DNA from: Pseudomonadota bacterium
Lineage (GTDB): Bacteria; Pseudomonadota; Gammaproteobacteria; Steroidobacterales; Woeseiaceae
Direction of reading: 5' to 3'
DNA length: 64,000 nucleotides
Assembly (NCBI GenBank): GCA_038531945.1
Contig: JBCBBH010000001.1
Location: 147,456-211,455 of the forward strand
Below, one piece after another: positions 56,311 through 64,000 of the stretch. The notes below the pieces were generated by a model. The model was not told the origin of the DNA, made no database searches, and saw only the letters and a program-made list of their open reading frames with translations. Position numbers and translations under genes: made by a program. Every line of letters begins with the position of its first letter. The stretch's first letter is position 1.

Positions 56311-59300
56311 CTATTGCAGCAGCCTGACTTCGTAGTCGCCGGCGCTACTGTCGCCCAAGGCACCAACTACAATTCTGTACGTGCCGGATTGGCTGACATC
56401 ACATCCGAACACATCAGGACCACAGTCAAATGCCACGGTAGTTCCATCCGTTCTTCGGTTGATCAAACGTCCATTCGGCGCGTACAACCACACTTCTGGC
56501 GTGAATCGATCTCTCGTGTCAGTGATACGAAGCTGGAAAGTGGGATTGGCGGTCTGGTCGAAAATGAAGCTATCGAGGTCACCGATAGTTAAATCACCAG
56601 TTACCGCGCCATTGCTTACCAACGCACCATTCTCGTTGCTATTCGGGACATCCACGAATCGAATCTCGTAGTCACCGACGCTTTGATCACCTAACGCACC
56701 CACAACCAGTCGGTAGGTTCCCGTCTGTGCAATATCACAGCCGAAAACCTGTGGACCGCAATCGAATGCGACCGTAGTCCCATCCGTTCTTCGGTTGATC
56801 AAACTTCCATCCGGCGCATACAACCAAACCTCAGGCGTGAATCGATCCAGCGTATCGATTACGCGAAGATGCAATGCAGTTTCTGCTGTCCCGTTGAATA
56901 CGAACGTATCCAGATCACCGACCGTCAGGTCTCCCGTCACACTACCATCGTTGACCAACGCACCATTCTCGTTGCTGTTCGAGACATCCACGAATCGAAT
57001 CTCGTAGTCACCGACGCTTTGATCACCTAACGCACCCACAACCAGTCGGTAGGTTCCCGTCTGTGCAATATCACAGCCGAAAACCTGTGGACCGCAATCG
57101 AATGCGACCGTAGTCCCATCCGTTCTTCGGTTGATCAAACTTCCATCCGGCGCATACAGCCAGACCTCCGGCGTGAACGTGTCGCTCGTATCCGTTATCC
57201 GGAAATGAACCGCCGACTCTTCGCGAATTGTAAACTCGTATTCATCCAAATCACCCGCCACGTCAACCGAGCCAACAATCAGTACCTCATCAGTCATTGG
57301 TAGTATGGGCGTGACTGTTGTTCCCCCGGTCATCCCACACTGGATATTGGACAAAGGCGAAGTCCCCGCGATCTCGCTGACGCCGGCGACTGCAAAGCAG
57401 TACGTCTGGTTTGGCAACAAACCTTCGACAGCGGCGGATGTTTCGCCTGATGAAGCAACAGCAAATGGCGAACTGCCCGACTCCGTGTCAAAAACCACAT
57501 ATTCAGCATCCACTGGGTAGTTCATCGGAACTGTCCAGTTCAACTGCAACGACGTATCTTCGCTCGAAGGAATGGCGAGCAAAACCGGACTTTCAATGCT
57601 CTGCTCGCTATTCGGTGGTGTTGTGGGTACTGAGCATATGAACCCAGAGTTCTCCGGCACCGGTGACACGCCTCCGTAGATATCCTCGGCCGTCACTGCG
57701 TAGCAGTACTCGCTTCCAACAGTGAGATTCGAGTCAAAAAACTGCGAGTTGGCACTGGTAGCAACTCTTACTGGCAACTCTTCCGATCCAGATTCGAATC
57801 GCCAGACTCCGTACTGAATAACTGAGGTTTCCGGAGGCGCTTGATCCCATGCCACAACGAGTTCGGCTGAGCGGGTCGACGGCGCGACCGAAACGCCTTG
57901 CACTGCGGCTAGTTCCTGGACAGGATCATCCTCCTCACAACCGATTCCGTTTTGCGAAAAAAGCTCGTATTCATTCTCCGCAATGACAAGCTCTTCTCTA
58001 TAGAAAATCAAATCCAAGGAGCCACCAGCAGACCAACGAAACCCACCGTACGTTGAGCGCGAAAATGGGCAGGCCGCATCTGCGTCAAAGATCATCGAGG
58101 CTTCAGCAACAGCCTGCGATTGCAGGAAAGGTCCTGCCAGACCCAGGATGCGCATATTTGCCTGCAGTCCTGGCGCGATAGTCAACGTAAGCGCGCCCTC
58201 GATTTGATCAACATTCTGCACGTCGAATCCCGGCTGCCCTCGATCAAACTCAATGCTGTAGCCAGAACTTCGCCGCCAATGCACGCCAGTCGATATGTTA
58301 CTGAGCGTGGAAACGAGCCGGGGCTCGGCCTGGACATCGAGCGCGAGCTCTGCAGTCACAACCGGCTCAATTTCAAATGTCACAGGTATTGGTCCAGGAA
58401 TCGGAATCGTCCCTGCAATCGGCAGGCGGACTTCCGACATGAACTGTTCACTATCTAGCAGGTTGCCCTCAACGATTAGCTCAATTGTTGACGTGAGATC
58501 CGTCTCTGCGTAAAGACGCCACTCCTCAACTCGCGGTAACAGACCAGCATCGCCAAAAGTAATTGCGAATTCGAATTCGGGATCGATACTGAAACTTCCC
58601 GTCAGTGCAACTAGACTGGATTCAGTTTCCCGAAGAATAAACCTTTCGGAGTCCCCCAAGTCTATTCGGAATACGCCGCCGACGAGTGCCTCGCTACGAC
58701 CGGGTTCTTGTGACGCCGCTGGAGCCGTCAGACTGCGTACAGCAAGTCGCTGCTCGCCGATACTCGAGGCGACTACCGTTCCAGAACGGACAATCTCCGG
58801 AAGCGCAACGTCTTCAGTTTCGAAACGCGTATTACCGCTTGGCAACACCTGACTCGAAATAATTCGGCGCCCAAAAAACACAGGACTTGTCCCTGCGCCG
58901 TTCGCGAGCAAGATAGTGCCGACACCAAAGCCCGAAATGTCAGCTGTCGATTCAAACTCGAGTAGCTGAACGGAGGGTTGAAACCCCAGAATGCTATTGA
59001 CCTGATCAGCCGACAGTGTAACGACGTCGGGCTGATAAACTAGTGGTGCTTCTGAAACTACCGTTGAAAAAATCGCTCGATTGTCATCGAGGAGAATCGT
59101 ACACCTCGTCCCATCTACCGAATCGCAATTCTGCCAGCGAACAAACCGGTTACCGACTTCCGGCGCAACATCAACCGTTACTGTGGTACCGACCGGAAGC
59201 GTCGCGAGGCATTGGCCACTCTGGGATAAGCAGTCCAAAGTTTCGCCTGACTCTAGGCTGTACTGTGCATCACCGAATGTACTGACCAACAACTGAACTT

Positions 59301-59673
59301 GCTGCTGAAGCACCTCAACCGTTCGTTGCACACTTCCTTCGTTGCCAGCGCTATCTTCGGCCCGGTAAGTGAGTGAGTAGACACCAGCAACTGAAGTATC
59401 AACCTCTCCAGTAATAGTGACGCCAACATTTCCGTCTACGTTGTCTTGGGCGGTTGCGCCGTCCTCTCTGTAGATGCCTTCGAACGGCAAAGTAACTGCC
59501 GATTCACCCACCAAGGTAACGACGGGTGGCGTTGTATCAGTATTGCCTGGGGGCGGTGGCGTCGGGCTGTCGCCATCCCCGCCGCCACCTCCGCCGCCAC
59601 ATCCCGCCAAGACAATCGCCGGCAAAGCGAACAAGAGGACTCTTAGCCATTTGCTGTTGGATTTATTTTTCAT
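56311..59673 (-). CDS. giant surface lipoprotein with DUF5011/HYR-like Ig domain and three C-terminal PPC-like repeat domains
   Basis: Lipobox LAGCGG followed by a G-rich and Pro-rich linker. N-terminal DNVDGNVGVTITGEVDTSVAGVYSLTYRAEDSAGN (DUF5011-like). Three near-identical repeats of about 112 aa (GDLTVGDLDTFVFNG...RLVVGALGDQSVGDYEIRFVDV). Confidence 0.65.
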   Translation of the reverse strand: MKNKSNSKWLRVLLFALPAIVLAGCGGGGGGGDGDSPTPPPPGNTDTTPPVVTLVGESAVTLPFEGIYREDGATAQDNVDGNVGVTITGEVDTSVAGVYSLTYRAEDSAGNEGSVQRTVEVLQQQVQLLVSTFGDAQYSLESGETLDCLSQSGQCLATLPVGTTVTVDVAPEVGNRFVRWQNCDSVDGTRCTILLDDNRAIFSTVVSEAPLVYQPDVVTLSADQVNSILGFQPSVQLLEFESTADISGFGVGTILLANGAGTSPVFFGRRIISSQVLPSGNTRFETEDVALPEIVRSGTVVASSIGEQRLAVRSLTAPAASQEPGRSEALVGGVFRIDLGDSERFILRETESSLVALTGSFSIDPEFEFAITFGDAGLLPRVEEWRLYAETDLTSTIELIVEGNLLDSEQFMSEVRLPIAGTIPIPGPIPVTFEIEPVVTAELALDVQAEPRLVSTLSNISTGVHWRRSSGYSIEFDRGQPGFDVQNVDQIEGALTLTIAPGLQANMRILGLAGPFLQSQAVAEASMIFDADAACPFSRSTYGGFRWSAGGSLDLIFYREELVIAENEYELFSQNGIGCEEDDPVQELAAVQGVSVAPSTRSAELVVAWDQAPPETSVIQYGVWRFESGSEELPVRVATSANSQFFDSNLTVGSEYCYAVTAEDIYGGVSPVPENSGFICSVPTTPPNSEQSIESPVLLAIPSSEDTSLQLNWTVPMNYPVDAEYVVFDTESGSSPFAVASSGETSAAVEGLLPNQTYCFAVAGVSEIAGTSPLSNIQCGMTGGTTVTPILPMTDEVLIVGSVDVAGDLDEYEFTIREESAVHFRITDTSDTFTPEVWLYAPDGSLINRRTDGTTVAFDCGPQVFGCDIAQTGTYRLVVGALGDQSVGDYEIRFVDVSNSNENGALVNDGSVTGDLTVGDLDTFVFNGTAETALHLRVIDTLDRFTPEVWLYAPDGSLINRRTDGTTVAFDCGPQVFGCDIAQTGTYRLVVGALGDQSVGDYEIRFVDVPNSNENGALVSNGAVTGDLTIGDLDSFIFDQTANPTFQLRITDTRDRFTPEVWLYAPNGRLINRRTDGTTVAFDCGPDVFGCDVSQSGTYRIVVGALGDSSAGDYEVRLLQ
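56330..57330. repeat. three tandem copies of a 336-bp coding repeat, two nearly identical
   Basis: Long identical DNA stretches begin near 56655 and 56990 (period about 335-336 bp). A third, more diverged copy lies at 56320-56650. Confidence 0.7.
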
Positions 59674-59855
59674 CTTATTCTTCCTTGGTCGTTAGACCAC
59701 TTTTGCCAGACAAGAGGTGCCCGTGCGCTTGGCTGTGGGGCCAGGCGATAGCTGTTTTTGGTTTGGTTTTCGGCAGGCCCTATTGCGAAACAGGGCACCC
59801 ATTTGCCGGTGCGAACACCGCTAGGGTGAACGCACCGACAACCGATGGGTTTGCG

Positions 59856-60629
59856 TCAGTACCGAATTCTCTTCTTTATCCGATCGATCTGTGGGCGTAG
59901 TTGCTGCAGCTCACGTGGATCGAGATAGGTGTACGCTTTGGCGAGCGAGTCGTTGTATACCCCTTGCAGCGTGTCCACCGTGGGATTGAAGATCCCAGCA
60001 TCATTGTAGTGTTGGTTCGATGCGATTGCCGTCGCAGACCATGCGTCTTGTGAAGTTACATTGTATTGCTTTGGGGGGATCTCAACGCTTTTGACCCACA
60101 TCTGTTCGCCAGACTGTGGTTCACGTGCTTTCATCGTCAACTTCCCGGTAATGCGCATGCTGCCGTCAAGCTTGTAGACTGTGGAATTTGGATTGTTGGC
60201 ACCACCAAGAAGACCCGCCAGCGTGGCTTGTTGCCGCCTTTCCATTGAATGCGACTGATCCATGTCGATGTCGATCAGCAACACCAGATCGGCAATCTCT
60301 TTCTCGGAGTAGACGATTTCGTCGTAGGTTTCGTACGGGCCATATACTGTATAGCCCCGAGCCGACAAAACCTCCTCGAAGTCATTTGCCATGCTGCTGC
60401 CGAAGCTAACGTATGGCTCGACTCCAGAACCCTCGAAGTCAGAAGCATATGACGGGTTCACGAGAATAATCTTCATTCCAGCATTTCCGGCGCTGGCTGT
60501 TGCCGGAGGAACGTAATCAAAAGACGCAGGCTTCAGTGGTTCCTTTGGTGCTTGCTCTGGTAAGGCGCAACCAACAATGTTGAGTGTTGCGAACAAAACC
60601 AGTCCGATCGTTGTTTTTCTAAGGCTCAT
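59856..60629 (-). CDS. hypothetical lipoprotein
   Basis: Lipobox LNIVGCA. No known domain. Confidence 0.4.
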   Translation of the reverse strand: MSLRKTTIGLVLFATLNIVGCALPEQAPKEPLKPASFDYVPPATASAGNAGMKIILVNPSYASDFEGSGVEPYVSFGSSMANDFEEVLSARGYTVYGPYETYDEIVYSEKEIADLVLLIDIDMDQSHSMERRQQATLAGLLGGANNPNSTVYKLDGSMRITGKLTMKAREPQSGEQMWVKSVEIPPKQYNVTSQDAWSATAIASNQHYNDAGIFNPTVDTLQGVYNDSLAKAYTYLDPRELQQLRPQIDRIKKRIRY

Positions 60630-61025
60630 TTCTTCTTCATCTCCCTGATGAGTAATCGCCGTTAAATTTTTTTCGTTGCAAATTCAGCTGCAGCGTTTCG
60701 GCGAGGATCGAGTCTCCTCCCCTAACTCTGAACTGAACCTGAATCGTTGGTTGGCAATGTCTGAGAAACCCTGGCGTCATCGCGAAGCGCTTTTTCTTCT
60801 TTGATTAGGCGTACGAATCCCCACTACCCCCGATGCCAAGGTACAAAGATCAAAGATGGCACTCCAGTGGAGAATTGGTGCCGAACAAATGCCAAAACGG
60901 CACAATTTGCACTGCCATTGCACATCAATTGCACATGACTGGCGAAACAGGAAGCGGCTGCGTATTCTGGACTCGCGGTAAGGGGAACACACTCACGTGC
61001 TAAGGACTGGATCGGAGGGGTTCAC

Positions 61026-61886
61026 TTGCAGAACAGTGATTTGTGGTCGCGACGAAAAGACGACGTAAAGCTGTACACATCGAAAGAGAAACGCGCATTA
61101 ATCGAGCGACTTTTGGAATTGAGAGACGGTGTCAGCTGGACTGCCGTTTACAGTAATAGGGAGGTCGCCGCCCAAATACCCAGTCGTCGAACTCTGTACC
61201 GAATCTTCGAGGATCCGGTGAATTGTCACATTCGAGACTCCACGGCTCGCCAGATCGAACGGCTGCTGACTATTGCGGAGCACGGCGAGAGCAACGCAGA
61301 AACCCACCATGAACTCGTGCCACGCTCGTACTCCATCTTGAGGCGCTTGATGGGCTTGTCGGAGCGTTCCGGCGCACGGTTTCTCGAAAAATTCCAAGGG
61401 TGTTACAAGTGCGTCCGGATGACGACTGCGACAAGTCAGATCCTGGTGACGCATTTGAGGATCGAAGAGATCGTCCCTGGAATCCCAGCGTTCAGTCATA
61501 TTGAGACTATTCCCGATGAAGCCTCACAGATCCCCGGACGAGGTCGTCGGGTGCTAACGCACGAAGGCGTGATTCTGGCGCGTGGCAGACGAGCCACTTT
61601 TTTGTCGCCCAGCGGGAGCCTACGCCAGATGACCTGCATTATCTCAGCGAATCTGACGCGCCCAGCCTTCAGCGGCCTGTTGATGTCAGTCGATGCAAAG
61701 CATGAACTTCCGTTTGCTGCTCGCGTTTTCCTGACTTGGGTACCCGACATCGAGGAAAGCGAGGTTATTCACCATCCCGACTACGGCCTCTTCTCCCCCG
61801 ATGACTCGCACTACTCGGCATACGTTCCTTATATCAGCAACGCTATTAGTCCCGACTCTGTTCTCGTACCGGAAACTGACGTCTAG
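61026..61886 (+). CDS. hypothetical protein
   Basis: 286-aa ORF with no recognisable motif. Confidence 0.3.
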   Translation: MQNSDLWSRRKDDVKLYTSKEKRALIERLLELRDGVSWTAVYSNREVAAQIPSRRTLYRIFEDPVNCHIRDSTARQIERLLTIAEHGESNAETHHELVPRSYSILRRLMGLSERSGARFLEKFQGCYKCVRMTTATSQILVTHLRIEEIVPGIPAFSHIETIPDEASQIPGRGRRVLTHEGVILARGRRATFLSPSGSLRQMTCIISANLTRPAFSGLLMSVDAKHELPFAARVFLTWVPDIEESEVIHHPDYGLFSPDDSHYSAYVPYISNAISPDSVLVPETDV

Positions 61887-62056
61887 GATCAACCGCGGCT
61901 CTGTTGTATCGGGAGTGGTCTTTGGTGCTGCTATCAGGACCGTCCGTTTGCAACGCTGACTTAGGTCGGTGTCTAACTTTGATTGCACTTTCCCGTTTGC
62001 CGTTTGCGATCTTTGTCTTGGACTTTGCAATGCCATCACGACATCATGGGTAATCG

Positions 62057-63229
62057 GTGAATCGGGAAGCGATCTGCGGGCACATGGATAACGAATACGA
62101 GTACACACCGCGGGAAGTAGCACCCGACCCGAAACGCGAACTTCGTTTTGGAGACGGCAAGATCGGTGCGCTGCTTTCTCTGAGTCTCGGGATACTCAGT
62201 GTATTGGCTGTGCTGGCCTACCGCTACCCGTCGTATCTGACCACGACTGAGCTACGGCAGGTCTACGATGCGGAGTCGTTGCAGGTGCTTTTGAAGTACG
62301 GCATGTACACGTCGTTATTGTTCGGCTTCTTGACGTTCGTTTTGAACCGCGGGCGCTACCGAAAGATGGGTGGTGCAGGCATCGCGTTCACACTGATCGG
62401 TTTCTTACTCGGTGGTTACAACATTCCCGTCGGATCGGTCGAACCTCGTGCGCTATCGCTGGGTATCGACTGGTTGATCCTGGCGCTGCTCGGATCCATC
62501 GTTGTATTCATGACCTTAGAGAAATTGTTTCCTAAGTACCGCAACCAGGTCATCCTCCGCCCCGAGTGGGATATCGATCTGTTCTATTTCTGTTTTAACC
62601 ACCTTGCGATCTCGGCCATTATTCTTTTCGGCAACTATCACGCGAGTCACTTCGATTGGGCTGTGAGCGCGGACGTACAAGCGTTCATTCAATCAACGTC
62701 GCTCTGGCTGCAGTTCGCCGTGATCGTCATCTGCGCCGATTTCGTTTTGTACTGGGAGCATCGGCTGTACCACGAGGTCAAGGCGCTGTGGCCGATCCAT
62801 GCGGTGCACCATTCTGTTGAGACTTTGGATTGGCTGGCCGGTTCTCGCGGTCACTTTATCCAAGTGTTCTCGGAACGTGCGATGGTCATGATCCCGTTGT
62901 ACTTGCTTGGCGCTGACCCGGCCGCGCTGAACGCCTACGTCGTGTTTGCCGCACTTCAGGCCATTCTCATTCACTGCAACTTGTCTTTCTCCTTCGGACC
63001 GCTGCGCTACATCTTCGTCACGCCGCAATTCCACCATTGGCACCACAGCTCCGAAGCACCAGCGATCGACACAAACTACTCCGCACACCTGGTGCTCTTC
63101 GATTGGTTATTCGGCACTTATCACATGCCCGATAAACACTGGCCAGCGGAATACGGTACGACAAAAAAACTACCCCGATCGGTGTGGGGGCAGTTGATGT
63201 ATCCGTTGAGGGGTTTGAGAGAGGAGTAG
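62057..63229 (+). CDS. fatty-acid hydroxylase / sterol desaturase family membrane protein
   Basis: Histidine boxes HEVKALWPIHAVHHS and FHHWHHS, with several TM helices. GTG start. Confidence 0.7.
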   Translation: MNREAICGHMDNEYEYTPREVAPDPKRELRFGDGKIGALLSLSLGILSVLAVLAYRYPSYLTTTELRQVYDAESLQVLLKYGMYTSLLFGFLTFVLNRGRYRKMGGAGIAFTLIGFLLGGYNIPVGSVEPRALSLGIDWLILALLGSIVVFMTLEKLFPKYRNQVILRPEWDIDLFYFCFNHLAISAIILFGNYHASHFDWAVSADVQAFIQSTSLWLQFAVIVICADFVLYWEHRLYHEVKALWPIHAVHHSVETLDWLAGSRGHFIQVFSERAMVMIPLYLLGADPAALNAYVVFAALQAILIHCNLSFSFGPLRYIFVTPQFHHWHHSSEAPAIDTNYSAHLVLFDWLFGTYHMPDKHWPAEYGTTKKLPRSVWGQLMYPLRGLREE

Positions 63230-63266
63230 GCTTTTACGGGCCGAGCAGCGACTGGACGGAATCACG

Positions 63267-63998
63267 TTAAGCTCTGCCCAGCAAGTCTTGCTCAATCTCG
63301 TCCGCCCACACCATTGTTTCGCCACGACGCAGTCTCGCCTCACGAATAAGCCCAAGATTCTTAGCCGTAGTCTCGGGCATCCATCCCTCACTCCCGATTT
63401 CTGGCACCATTTTGGTTAAGTATTGTCGCGCGCGTCCTTCATCCTTCGCGAGCACGGCCAGCTCGAGCTGGGTAGCGTAGTCCCAATAGTCGGCATTCTC
63501 ACCATCGGTTCTGCGATCAACCGAGTATTGAACGACGGGAAGAAGTCGATCTTTCTCAGGATCAGGAGGATCGGAAAGCTCCATCAGCGTAACGGCGTTT
63601 ATGCCGGGGTACGCATCCCGCCAATCCGTCTCAAATCCTCGCTTATAGGCATCGATTGCCTTGTTGAGAAACGCAGATGCCATCGTCTGATCACCCTGAG
63701 CTTGGGCAGTCTGCCATTGATCCTTGTAGACCCGGCCCAAAATCCCATACGTTTCACTACTAGGCCCATGACGTTCTAATACGCATTTGAGAGTTTGCTC
63801 CGCGTCAGCATGACGTCCATCTCGATTCAGTGCAAAGCCATACTGCTCCTGAATCATCACCTGACGTCGAAACGGCTCCGACATGGCTTCCACCAACGCA
63901 ATCATTTCTTTCCAGCCACTCTTTGCTCGATAAGAAAGCAGTAGGTCGACCAGCACTCCGAGCTCGACATCTACCAGCGGTCCGAGCTCCTGCTCCAC
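63267..63998 (-). CDS. tetratricopeptide-repeat protein (5' end probably beyond the window edge)
   Basis: TPR-like helical repeats. The ORF begins 2 nt from the window end, so the true N-terminus probably lies outside the window. Confidence 0.5.
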   Translation of the reverse strand: MEQELGPLVDVELGVLVDLLLSYRAKSGWKEMIALVEAMSEPFRRQVMIQEQYGFALNRDGRHADAEQTLKCVLERHGPSSETYGILGRVYKDQWQTAQAQGDQTMASAFLNKAIDAYKRGFETDWRDAYPGINAVTLMELSDPPDPEKDRLLPVVQYSVDRRTDGENADYWDYATQLELAVLAKDEGRARQYLTKMVPEIGSEGWMPETTAKNLGLIREARLRRGETMVWADEIEQDLLGRA

Positions 63999-64000
63999 TG

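Overview
This is a high-GC (~58%) chromosomal window that reads like a marine gammaproteobacterium. It has four distinct parts.

(1) Positions 1-23.8 kb hold a polysaccharide-utilisation locus that looks built for alginate and unsaturated uronates. It contains a TonB-dependent receptor, three secreted beta-helix or lyase-like proteins, a heparinase II/III (PL17)-like oligoalginate lyase, two SDR reductases, kdgK, a DctPQM TRAP transporter, and one LacI plus two GntR regulators. A DEAD-box helicase and an XRE regulator follow.

(2) Positions 23.85-26.8 kb hold an unusually dense array of about 19 tRNA or tRNA-like genes with 2-6 nt spacers. Three more lie at 30.0-30.4 kb, two at 32.7-32.9 kb and one at 34.09 kb. 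Together they cover nearly every amino acid. Many are non-canonical: C33 anticodon loops, loss of D-loop GG together with T-loop T55/C56, Leu-anticodon tRNAs with short variable arms, a truncated D-arm, and a split tRNA-Ile. The last tRNA-like gene sits 45 nt upstream of an overlapping HNH-endonuclease and RtcB RNA-ligase gene pair. This tRNA-array plus HNH-RtcB neighbourhood is the most unusual feature of the window and reads as an alternative or repair-linked tRNA system.

(3) Positions 37-42.7 kb hold a 1154-aa FG-GAP/TSP3-repeat lipoprotein lying divergent to an ECF sigma factor.

(4) Positions 43-64 kb are housekeeping and accessory genes: PEBP, dienelactone hydrolase, an ArsR/SmtB repressor translationally coupled to an unlisted 31-aa cysteine-rich metallothionein-like ORF, an EEP nuclease, FolE2, an FAD oxidoreductase, a putative vanadium haloperoxidase, Fe-ADH, a thioesterase, a YugP peptidase, a 1120-aa lipoprotein with near-identical 336-bp tandem repeats, and a sterol-desaturase-family protein.

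The six-frame track uses GTG/TTG starts and often over-extends N-termini, so several starts were re-set by hand.
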